Positions 11,465 through 21,603 of a stretch of 46,451 nucleotides of DNA are shown piece after piece. Within the stretch, counting starts at the first letter, position 1. The number at the start of each line of letters is the position of its first letter. The translations under genes and the position numbers were made by a program. The DNA is from Octopus bimaculoides (taxonomy: Eukaryota): NCBI RefSeq assembly GCF_001194135.2, contig NC_068981.1:34081694-34128144 (forward strand), in the 5' to 3' direction. The notes beneath the pieces were generated by a model, which saw only the letters and a list, made by a program, of their open reading frames with translations, did no database searches and was not told the origin of the DNA.

Positions 11465-12765
11465 ACTGTATCCAGAACCTTTTTCTTTTACAGAAATTCT
11501 CTTATGGAACATCAGTAAAATGAGTTAACTTTGACCAGGAACCGAAACCGAATCGTCTGTATCCTTCTCTGGTCGTGAACTTCTTGCTCGGCATCACGAA
11601 AACTAGAACAAGCAGAAATAATATTTGCTAATCTTCGAACATTATAGATTTTTTTGAGGGAAAACAGGACAATTTTTTATGGCCGATTTTGTTTTAAATT
11701 GTGTAATGAAACATTTATATCTAAAATTGAAATATTGAAAATAAAATATTGGTTTTTGAAAAAATGGTAATTACACTTGCTAAATTACACTTGATAAGAT
11801 GGCAATGGACTGGCAGACATATTGGAGTACATAATTAAATCCTTGCCATATTTTGTTTCTTCATTTTATGCTTTGTGTTCACAGCGAGTTCGATTTTACC
11901 TTTTATATTTCTGAAATTTATTATAATAAATACTAGCAATATATCCGAAGATTAAGCACGTGCTTATAAAAACTGATGGTGTATCAAGATAAAATTAACT
12001 ATTAATACATAAGCTAGTTGGCACCCAAAAATCCGAGTTATTGCAGTGAGGCTAAATAAATAATGTCATGTGATCCCCAAAGCCTCACTGAGCATTATAC
12101 TTTCCCTTCATGAACTGATTAAAAATCTACAGGGTTCTCAAAGTCTTTTTTAAGGCCTAATTTAGTGTCATGTAAGGGTAGTGCCATCATTACGGTGGAT
12201 AGCCATATTCTTACTACATACAACAGCGACTTTTCAGCAAAAGACTACTTCAGCAATGCTTGAACACCGGACGACAGAGAATGTTGTCACTTTAGTCCAG
12301 CTCTATTCCTCTACAGAAATCTAGTTTCGCTTCCACCGGCCACATTGCGCAACTGATGCAGCGAAATGAGTGCATGACAATATTCCAGGTGCCGCACGTT
12401 CATTTGCTTGTTCTGGGACTGCAGTTCCACCAAAGAGATGAGCTACGGACAAACGTGCCTAAAATAGCTCAACGTCTAGGAATTTCTAATGATGCTCCAG
12501 CATGAACATTTAATAGCTACGGAGTATCGAACCCTGTATGCAGCGTGTGTTGACAGCAAACGCACCAGCTAACCAGTGAAATGCATCTGTTCCCCTAGAA
12601 GCAAAAGAGTAATGCTTGAGTCTAGTCAGTCGAAAGCTGGGGCCAAAGTATAGCGGTCAGGTGGCAATGTATAACGAAGGTGATGTATGCATTAGTCACC
12701 TCTGTACGAATTTTCAGGGTTAGCTTTTGTTTTTGGGTCAGATTGTTCATAATTTCGTCCAGTCT

Positions 12766-12881
12766 CGTTAAGGGTACACGTGTCTGTGGAGTGCTCAGCC
12801 ACTTGCACGTTAATTTCACGAGCAGGCTATCCGTTGATCGGATCAACTGGAACCCTCGTCGTCGTCACCGACGGAGTGCCA
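12766..12881 (+). mobile_element. 3' tail of SINE family D
   Basis: Near-identical to 33509-33602/33613-33697 (CGTTAAGGGTACACGTGTC..GATCGGATCAACTGGAACCCTCG..GACGGAGTGCCA). Confidence 0.9.
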
Positions 12882-13068
12882 TGTAAATAAATACAAACAA
12901 GATCAAAATGGTCCATAATTTTCACGAGTCACTAGGTTATGGTGGACTTAGCCTATATGTAGTATATTCCATGTTAAGTCTGCCTGGATGAACTTAACCG
13001 TAATCTGGGAAATTAATGCTCAGAAACGAGTGGTTACGAATTCTAAATGAAATATTATGTGAATTGAA

Positions 13069-13286
13069 GAAGGCGGCGAGCTCGCAGAAACGTTAGCACG
13101 CCGGGCCAAGTGCTTAGCGGTATTTCGTCTGCTGCTACGTTCTGAGTTCAAATTCCGTTGAGGTCGACTTTGCCTTTCATCTTTTCAGGGTCGATAAATT
13201 AAGTAGCAGTTGCGTACTGGGGTCGATCTAATCGACTGCCCCCCCCTCCCCAAAATTTCGGGCCTTTTGCCTAGAGTAGAAAAGAA
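13069..13286 (+). mobile_element. SINE family A, full length with 13-bp TSD
   Basis: B-box-like GAGTTCAAATTCC. TSD TATGTGAATTGAA (13056-13068) / TATGTTAATTGAA (13287-13299). Homologous to 28876-29093. Confidence 0.92.
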
Positions 13287-14044
13287 TATGTTAATTGAAA
13301 GGAATTTAAAATGAAATAACCGCAACCAGAAATTGAACTCGTATTTTAAAAGAGCTTATCACCACATTTGCCACCACCATTCTGCACGTCTCTCAACTAA
13401 TTTTCGTCGGCTATCTCAAATTTCGTATGTGATTTTGGTTTGTCGACTTGTTTAAAAGCGCATGTTTCTGATTTTGCATTTGACTAAACATAAAAATGAA
13501 AAAATTTCTCTTGTTATTTACAGTCAACGTACACACGTACATATATACAGGAAGGGCTATATGTATGTCCTAATCACGTGTGGCTTTTAAATGAATATTC
13601 TCTATATTTTGCACCACATTAATCTTCACATCATACGTTTTATTAATGAACTATATTTAATTACAATATTAGTGATCAGCTTCATTAATAATTCACACAC
13701 ACCATTTCACTTGTAAACACACACACACACATGAAGAGCGGGTGAGGGAGTGAGTGAGTGCTGGTATAATACTCGAGAACTTTTTTTTTCATAATGTAAA
13801 TCAAACTTGCTTCGTCAAAAATGAAAAGACAATACAAATATTACATAACAGGTTTTTTAAAAAAAAATGAGTATTTAAAAAAACTGTGATGAAAGAATTG
13901 AGTAAAATATAAACAATACATAAAAAAATGGGGTGGGGGCAATGTGATATAATGTGACAGACTATTTATTTATTTCACACAGAAGAGAAATAAAAGATGG
14001 CAGACATAATTAAAGTAGTTTCTTCGTGACAAATGCCGAATTAC

Positions 14045-14645
14045 CTTTTATATTTTACTTGATTGGACTCTGGCCATACTGTGATACCACCTTGAAGGGT
14101 TTTAGTCGAACAAATCGATCCCAGTGTTTAATTTTCTTTTCCCTTTTTTGAAGTCGGGTACTTATTCAATCGAACTCTTTTGGTGAGCCGCTATTGTACA
14201 GCGATATAAACATACACGAAGACACATGCACACAAAAAGACACACACACACATGGCGGGGTGTACTGAAAAGTTCCTGGTTTCAAGGGTATCGCGAAAAG
14301 CCTAGCTGGAACCTCAACCTTCCGAGTTCTTTTACAGGGTTTAGAAAAGCTGAAGGACTGCTTCAATAAGTGTGTGAGTCTGAGAGCGGAATATGTTCAA
14401 TAAAATCATAATTCACTGATCCTCTTGTATTTTCTTTTACCCAAAGTCAGGAGCTTTTTAGTACACCTTTGTATATTATATACGACGGGCTTCCACACAG
14501 TTTCTATCAACCAAATTCACTCACTAGGTATTGGTCGGCCCAGATCTTCAGTAGAAGACAATTGCTCGAGGTACAGGACATTGGGACTGACCCGAAATTA
14601 CATGGATTGTAAGGCAAGCTCTTTAACCACACCGCCATGCCTGCT
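14045..14645 (-). mobile_element. SINE family B, interrupted by a mariner MITE
   Basis: 3' half at 14045-14250 (TTAGTCGAACAAATCGATCCCAG..TACTTATTC) and 5' half at 14474-14645 (ACGACGGGCTTCC..GTAGAAGACA..TTAACCACACCGCCATGCCTG). Confidence 0.85.
14253..14473 (+). mobile_element. Mariner-derived MITE (internal-deletion derivative)
   Basis: Left TIR GGGGTGTACTGAAAAGTTCCTGG (14257-14279); right end reads TACAAAGGTGTACTAAAAAGCTCCTGA on the minus strand. 14335-14403 encodes QGLEKLKDCFNKCVSLRAEYVQ*, matching the mariner transposase C-terminus pattern G...L..RW.KC....G.YVE*. Confidence 0.88.
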
Positions 14646-15207
14646 TAATATTTTTTTCTTTTAATATTTTAATCTGAAGAAGGGATGTAGTGTTCCATAA
14701 CATTTGAAGTGGTCCGAGCTCCAGCCCCTTTGAGCGTACTGTCACTGACTAGACCAAATGATGCAACCTATGCTCTAAGGCAGCAAACAACTCCCAAACC
14801 AACTGGCACATGTAACATCTCAGGGCGAGCCATGAGAGATGCTGAAAGGAATCTGTTTTTATCTCAAGTGATGTTCCTTTCCAGATCTACAACCCTATCT
14901 GAGTTTCTGACTTCAAACTAAGAAATTACATCAGTGTCCACAGATGTTGACCACACAATACTAATCGTCTTTCTCGGACTCGAGAGGCGGGCAAGGAAAG
15001 ACTGCTGATATGCAGAGTGATCTTCTGTCCGTTTGATATCTGTAAAAGAAATGTCGACAGGGATATTTTTTCACTTTGATCTTAGTCAAAAGGCCAAAAA
15101 AACTCCAGCGGAGGAAATTGTACATAGTCACTTAACCTGTGAGAAATAGTCAATCAATCTTCCTCAAACCGCACTCATTGTCAATGACAAATAGCTAGAG
15201 CCTGAAC

Positions 15208-15348
15208 TGTCCGGGGTAGCCCTTGAGTTTGTTGCCGCCCCGACCTTACAAGATTGTATAGGCTTATAGAGCCGACTCCAAAGTGCCGGCCTCATAAAAT
15301 CGTCGCCCGAGGTGGACCGGTCTCCTCGCCGTCCCAGCTACGTTACAG
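15208..15348. mobile_element. Possible decayed hAT-like MITE
   Basis: GC-rich island with ends GGGGTAGC..TTGCCGCCC and AAAATCGTCGCCCGAGGTGGACCG..GCTACGTTACAG, resembling CAGTGGCGTAGC...GCTACGCCACTG elements. TIRs imperfect; no clear TSD. Confidence 0.3.
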
Positions 15349-15384
15349 CTTACAATAAAAAAGAACAAGGCCACACGGAATCAT

Positions 15385-15710
15385 GTAGACTTAGATACGC
15401 ATGCCTAATTAAAAGATGAAATGGTGGCGCTTGCAATGCTTTCGGCCATGTGTTTCTTTCGATCAGGCTGATTGTACCCATGTCGTCTTTTTGGGAAATC
15501 AAGAATTATATTGCCCAATGTATCTTTTATTTAGAATTGAAACTCATGATTTGGCTACTATTTCTAGCAGCTCAAGAACTATTTTGAGGCTTTCAGGAAC
15601 GTAAATTTGCGTTTATTGAAAGAATACCGCTTTAAGATTTATGGCATAAAATATGTGGTCTCTGTTTTAAAGATAAGTAGAGAGATTATTGAGAGATTTG
15701 GTTGCTTCAC
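15385..15710. mobile_element. Cluster of family C fragments in both orientations
   Basis: CTTAGATAC..GATCAGGCTG (plus), ATTATATTGCCCAATGT..TTTGGCTACTATTTCTAGCAG (minus), GAGAGATTTGGTTGC (minus). Confidence 0.45.
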
Positions 15711-15880
15711 TCAGAGGGTCAGTTACAGTTTAAAAGCTGTTTCATTGGTTTACGTAGGTGTGTCTGAGCTGGAAGTACATTTGGAATAAATATATATCAT
15801 ACAAAGACAGACGGATGTAAAGTTATCTCTATGCTATAATACAACGATGGTATTGATGCTAGGAATTTCTTCCAGACAGC

Positions 15881-15912
<32 letters not shown>

Positions 15913-15941
15913 TACACACACACACACGCACACTCACACAT

Positions 15942-15973
<32 letters not shown>

Positions 15974-17179
15974 CGTCGTCGTCAACTGTTCGTCGCAGAT
16001 CGGATTTGTGAATTAAAACATGTGGTCTCTATTTTAAAGATAAGGAGAGAAACAAAACGCCTTTCGATGGTNNNNNNNNNNNNNNNNNNNNNNNNNNNNN
16101 NNNNNNNNNNNNNNNNNNNNNNNNNNNNNNNNNNNNNNNNNNNNNNNNNNNNNNNNNNNNNNNNNNNNNNNNNNNNNNNNNNNNNNNNNNNNNNNNNNNN
16201 NNNNNNNNNNNNNNNNNNNNNNNNNNNNNNNNNNNNNNNNNNNNNNNNNNNNNNNNNNNNNNNNNNNNNNNNNNNNNNNNNNNNNNNNNNNNNNNNNNNN
16301 NNNNNNNNNNNNNNNNNNNNNNNNNNNNNNNNNNNNNNNNNNNNNNNNNNNNNNNNNNNNNNNNNNNNNNNNNNNNNNNNNNNNNNNNNNNNNNNNNNNN
16401 NNNNNNNNNNNNNNNNNNNNNNNNNNNNNNNNNNNNNNNNNNNNNNNNNNNNNNNNNNNNNNNNNNNNNNNNNNNNNNNNNNNNNNNNNNNNNNNNNNNN
16501 NNNNNNNNNNNNNNNNNNNNNNNNNNNNNNNNNNNNNNNNNNNNNNNNNNNNNNNNNNNNNNNNNNNNNNNNNNNNNNNNNNNNNNNNNNNNNNNNNNNN
16601 NNNNNNNNNNNNNNNNNNNNNNNNNNNNNNNNNNNNNNNNNNNNNNNNNNNNNNNNNNNNNNNNNNNNNNNNNNNNNNNNNNNNNNNNNNNNNNNNNNNN
16701 NNNNNNNNNNNNNNNNNNNNNNNNNNNNNNNNNNNNNNNNNNNNNNNNNNNNNNNNNNNNNNNNNNNNNNNNNNNNNNNNNNNNNNNNNNNNNNNNNNNN
16801 NNNNNNNNNNNNNNNNNNNNNNNNNNNNNNNNNNNNNNNNNNNNNNNNNNNNNNNNNNNNNNNNNNNNNNNNNNNNNNNNNNNNNNNNNNNNNNNNNNNN
16901 NNNNNNNNNNNNNNNNNNNNNNNNNNNNNNNNNNNNNNNNNNNNNNNNNNNNNNNNNNNNNNNNNNNNNNNNNNNNNNNNNNNNNNNNNNNNNNNNNNNN
17001 NNNNNNNNNNNNNNNNNNNNNNNNNNNNNNNNAAAACTTCTGTAGTTACTGCATGTATGTGTGTCTGTGTCTATATCTACACACACACATGTATATATAT
17101 ATGTATATGCATATAGACACATTTACATATATATTCATATATATGTATATATATATATATGCATATACACGTTACTTAC

Positions 17180-17185
<6 letters not shown>

Positions 17186-17212
<27 letters not shown>

Positions 17213-17223
17213 CATACATACAT
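17186..17223. repeat. (CATA)n microsatellite, 5' flank of the RLE element
   Basis: Visible tandem 4-mer. Confidence 0.95.
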
Positions 17224-17731
17224 AAACAGAAACTCAAGGAATACTGGTGGAATATTCCCATCAAAACTTCTGTCAAATGTAAACATAACAGACTGGATAT
17301 TGTTGTTTGGGACAGAGAGGCAAAGGTATGTACTGTCATAGAGGTCACCTGCCCTGCAGATATAAATATCACTATGAAAATCAAAGAAAGAAAGGATATC
17401 TATGGACAACTGCTTCCAAACCTCCAGCTTCTATATCCAGACTATGAATTCATATTCATACCAATAATAACTGGAGCACTAGCTTTTGTTAGAAAATACT
17501 TAAAGGAGAATCTAGATAAACTGAGATTTTCAAGAAGAGAAATTAACCGGCTAATTTGTACATTACAAGTGCAATCTGTGAGTGAAACAGTAAAAATATG
17601 CAAGACTTTTCTCAAGTGCCAAATGTGAATCTGTCTGTGTTAACTACATTCCAATGATGGAGCCTTGTATCTTTGTTGGAAACAGGCTCCCTCCCCAGTG
17701 GAAGATTTATAATAATTATAAAATAGAAGAG
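17224..17731 (+). mobile_element. R4/Dong-like non-LTR retrotransposon, 5'-truncated: RLE domain plus ~100-bp 3' UTR
   Basis: Uninterrupted ~135 codons KEYWWNIPIKTSVKCKHNRLDIVVWDREAKVCTVIEVTCPAD..KERKDIYGQL..FIPIITGAL..LQVQSVSETVKICKTFLKCQM* fit the RLE pattern HNRPDIV..D...K...I(D/E)V..P.D...K..KY..L...IPI..GALG...LQ...T..I.R..L; the catalytic PD reads LD here. Confidence 0.9.
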
Positions 17732-17845
17732 ACATACATACATACATACATACATACGTACGTACGTACGTACGTACATACATACATACATACATACGTA
17801 CGTACGTACGTACGTACATACATACATACATACATACATACATAC
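17732..17845. repeat. Compound (ACAT)n/(ACGT)n array with 40-bp higher-order period
   Basis: 17751-17790 is repeated exactly at 17791-17830. Confidence 0.95.
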
Positions 17846-17954
17846 TTACGCACACACGCATACACCCATACTCTACATATGTTTTGTTATATAGCTATTG
17901 GTGTTTTGTTTCGATGTTACTCCGTATTCCAACGAACCTATATATATGTATGTG

Positions 17955-18030
17955 TGCATTATATGTCCACGCTGGAGTGCACGTTTCTCAACCATATGGC
18001 AACGAGGAAAGAACGACGCCTTTCTGTTGT
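17955..18030 (-). mobile_element. Short inverted RTE fragment
   Basis: Minus strand reads KGVVLSSLPYG*ETCT, then after a frameshift LQRGHI, compared with the RTE motif YKAVVLSSLLYGCETWTLYRRHI. Confidence 0.6.
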
Positions 18031-18660
18031 AGTATTTTAACTCTGATTCTACGGAGTGCTTGGCCGGCTGTGGACACCAGACCGCTGGCACACCAAGCAG
18101 TTAAAACAGTTCCATACTATATCACTGCGCTCAATCATGGGCGTCCGCTGGCAGGGCAGAGTCTCCAATCAAGAAGTTCTAGACAGAGTAGAGACCACGA
18201 GCGTCGAGGCACTTCTGTTCAAAGCTCAGTTACGTTGGAGCGATCACGTCATCAGAATGAACGACCACCTCATCTCCAGACAGTTGATGTATGGTGAGCT
18301 GAAGGAAAGCACAAGGCAAGAAAGAAGGCCCAAGCTGAGGTATAAGGACACCCTAAAGAACAACCTAAAGTGCTGTGACATCCAGCCTCGCAAACTCGAT
18401 ACCGCAGCCACAAACAGGGCTACTCGGAGGTCAGTCACCAACACTGTTGTAATTGCCTTTGAGGAAGAGAGACGGCAACGCCGCGCAGCCGCCAAAAGAC
18501 TGGCGTCACTGGGCCGCATCACCCTCAGTCCTGATCACTACCAGTGTCCAATATGCGGGCGCCTGTGTGCTTCCGGAATTTGGCTGCGGAGCCACAAGCG
18601 TTCCCACCGCAGACTGCTGAGACCACAGACTTCATCAGAGATCGATGGACTATCAAGACA
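18030..18660 (+). mobile_element. RTE-clade (BovB-like) LINE 3' fragment: RT thumb region plus C-terminal C2H2 zinc finger
   Basis: WT..RWHTKQLKQFH..LRSIMGVRWQGRVSNQEVL..KAQLRWSDHVIRM..RQLMYGEL..RPKLRYKDTLK..FEEERRQR..CPICGRLCASGIWLRSHKRSH; about 200 open codons. Confidence 0.95.
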
Positions 18661-18667
18661 AGGCATT

Positions 18668-18805
18668 GTATGTATGTATGCATGATTGTATGTATGCATG
18701 TATATATGCGTGTATGTATGTATATATGTATGTGTGTGTATGTATGTATATATACATGTATGTATGTATGTATGTATGTATGTATGTATGTATGTATGTA
18801 TGTAT
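18668..18805. repeat. (TATG)n-type microsatellite directly 3' of the RTE
   Basis: Visible. Confidence 0.95.
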
Positions 18806-19255
18806 ACATATAGTTTGTTTTGATTTTACTCTGCCCTGCAGCGAATATCTGTAGATTTAAGCTGTACATGTATGAATGTACGTGTCTGTCTGTCTNNNNN
18901 NNNNNNNNNNNNNNNNNNNNNNNNNNNNNNNNNNNNNNNNNNNNNNNNNNNNNNNNNNNNNNNNNNNNNNNNNNNNNNNNNNNNNNNNNNNNNNNNNNNN
19001 NNNNNNNNNNNNNNNNNNNNNNNNNNNNNNNNNNNNNNNNNNNNNNNNNNNNNNNNNNNNNNNNNNNNNNNNNNNNNNNNNNNNNNNNNNNNNNNNNNNN
19101 NNNNNNNNNNNNNNNNNNNNNNNNNNNNNNNNNNNNNNNNNNNNNNNNNNNNNNNNNNNNNNNNNNNNNNNNNNNNNNNNNNNNNNNNNNNNNNNNNNNN
19201 NNNNNNNNNATAGCTAGACTAACAGATAAATAAGCTGATAGATATAAATGCATAA

Positions 19256-19575
<320 letters not shown>

Positions 19576-20053
19576 AGACTGTGCATGAATACGTTTATGC
19601 TGTATTTTTGGTTTTTCTTTCTTGGCTCGTTTACAATATTTAGGGAGCAAAATCCAGGCGGCGGCAGCAGCGCCAATGGCGGCGGAACGAAGAGTAACTG
19701 ACGACTAAGAGAAAGAAAAGTGAGAAAAAAAGTGAGCGACCGTGGGTAGAAGGGAGAGGCGTGGAAGCCAAGTGAGAATTGAGTTATGGAGTGTGGGCAA
19801 TTAAGTGTGCAGGGTATTATAGGGGTAGATATATCAGACGAAATGAATTAGAGGAATTTAGAAGGTGGAGTAGGTGGTGGGGAGTGACTCTATGCAAAAA
19901 TGTGTTTTTTGTGCGTATTATACATGTGTATGTATGTATGTGCATATATATGTGTGGTATGTGTATGTGTGAGTGGTTCTGTGAAGAGGTCTGTACGTTT
20001 GAGCATGAATTGCTATGCATGTGAAGACTTGGTAAGGTTTACATGTGAGCAGA

Positions 20054-20181
20054 TGTATGTATGTATGTATGTATGTATGTATGTATGTATGTATGCATGT
20101 TTATGTGTCTATGTACCCGTATTTTTGTGCGTTTATATCTATCTATCTATCTATCCATCTATATATATATAATTTGTCTAC

Positions 20182-20233
<52 letters not shown>

Positions 20234-20259
20234 TTACCTCTCTCTCTCTNNNNNNNNNN

Positions 20260-20299
<40 letters not shown>

Positions 20300-20310
20300 T
20301 TACCTCTCTC

Positions 20311-20354
<44 letters not shown>

Positions 20355-20400
20355 TATGAGTGTGTGTGTGTGTGTGTGTGCGTGTGTGTGTGTGAGTGTG
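20054..20400. repeat. Compound (TATG)n-(TATC)n-(TC)n-(TG)n array
   Basis: Visible; includes a 10-N join with duplicated flanks. Confidence 0.95.
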
Positions 20401-20588
20401 TTTCTGTGTATTATATATAATGTATATGTAAAATCGGTCAGTTATCCATGATTCTGTAAAAAAAGAGGTACACAACAGATGCACATCACACATATATATA
20501 CATAAATGGTGTGTATGTGTATTTGTATGTGCATATGGGGATGTGGATTTGTTCTTGCGTATAAATATGAATTTCATTGAGAGTATTT

Positions 20589-20645
<57 letters not shown>

Positions 20646-20646
20646 A

Positions 20647-21086
20647 CAGCCGCAGGAGTTGCTGTGTGGTAAGAAACCTGATTCTCAGCCACATAGTTTT
20701 GGGTTCAGTTCCACTTTGTGACACACTGGACAAGTGTCTTCNNNNNNNNNNNNNNNNNNNNNNNNNNNNNNNNNNNNNNNNNNNNNNNNNNNNNNNNNNN
20801 NNNNNNNNNNNNNNNNNNNNNNNNNNNNNNNNNNNNNNNNNNNNNNNNNNNNNNNNNNNNNNNNNNNNNNNNNNNNNNNNNNNNNNNNNNNNNNNNNNNN
20901 NNNNNNNNNNNNNNNNNNNNNNNNNNNNNNNNNNNNNNNNNNNNNNNNNNNNNNNNNNNNNNNNNNNNNNNNNNNNNNNNNNNNNNNNNNNNNNNNNNNN
21001 NNNNNNNNNNNNNNNNNNNNNNNNNNNNNNNNNNNNNNNNNNNNNNNNNNNNNNNNNNNNNNNNNNNNNNNNNNNNNNNNNNNNNN

Positions 21087-21129
<43 letters not shown>

Positions 21130-21362
21130 ATGTATGTAATTGTACGTATTCTGTGTCTGTGTTTGTCCCCCCACCACCGCTTGACAACCGCTGTTGGTGT
21201 GTTTACGTCCCAGTATTCTAGCGGTTCGGAAAGAAAGTGGATAGAATAAGTATCAGGCTTAAAGAAAAACGTACTGGGGTGGATTCATTCAAGCAAAAAT
21301 TCTTAATTGCGGTACTCTACTATGGCCGCACAATAATGACTGAGACATGTAAAAGATAAAAG
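20647..21362 (+). mobile_element. SINE family B, full span with internal gap and microsatellite
   Basis: Head GCAGGAGTTGCTGTGTGGTAAG..GGGTTCAGTTCC..GGACAAGTGTCTTC; 3' half TTTGTCCCCC..GCTTGACAACCG..GATAGAATAAGTA..AATGACTGAGAC..AAAAGATAAAAG. Confidence 0.88.
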
Positions 21363-21365
21363 ACA

Positions 21366-21603
21366 GACTGCGCCCATGCTGGAACTCCATCTTTAGTCAA
21401 ACAAATCGACCCCTGGACTATTTCTTTGTAAGCCTAGTACTTATTCTATCGATCTCTTTTGACGAACAGCTAAGTTACGGAGATGTAAACACACCAACTT
21501 CGGTTATCAAGCGATGGCAGGGGGTGGGGGGAAAAACACAGACAGACACACACACATATATATATACGATGGGCTTCTTTCAGTTTCTGTCTACAAAATC
21601 CAC
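21366..21603 (-). mobile_element. SINE family B, 3' two-thirds, tail-to-tail with the previous copy
   Basis: GACTGCGCCCATGCTGG..AAATCGACCCC..GTAAGCCTAGTACTTATTCTATCG..GGGCTTCTTTCAGTTTC. Confidence 0.9.

Noticed and set aside
12290-12470. Minus-strand QNKQMNVRHLEYCHAL..RNVAGGSETRF, faintly like Tc1 'RLEWC.AH...W.NV.WSDE.RF'
   Set aside because: No downstream DDE motifs, TIRs or TA TSD found; similarity too weak without BLASTX.
14700-15140. GC-elevated block with minus-strand PASRVRERRLVLCGQH, faintly LINE-like
   Set aside because: One short motif only, with no colinear continuation; cannot be called without a search.
15648-16050. Direct repeat ATGTGGTCTCT.TTTTAAAGATAAG at ~15653 and ~16020
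   Set aside because: Probably explained by two fragments of the dispersed family C rather than a local duplication.
20200-20320. Duplicated (TATC)n-TTTACCTCTCTC block
   Set aside because: Also flanks a 10-N join; likely an artefact.
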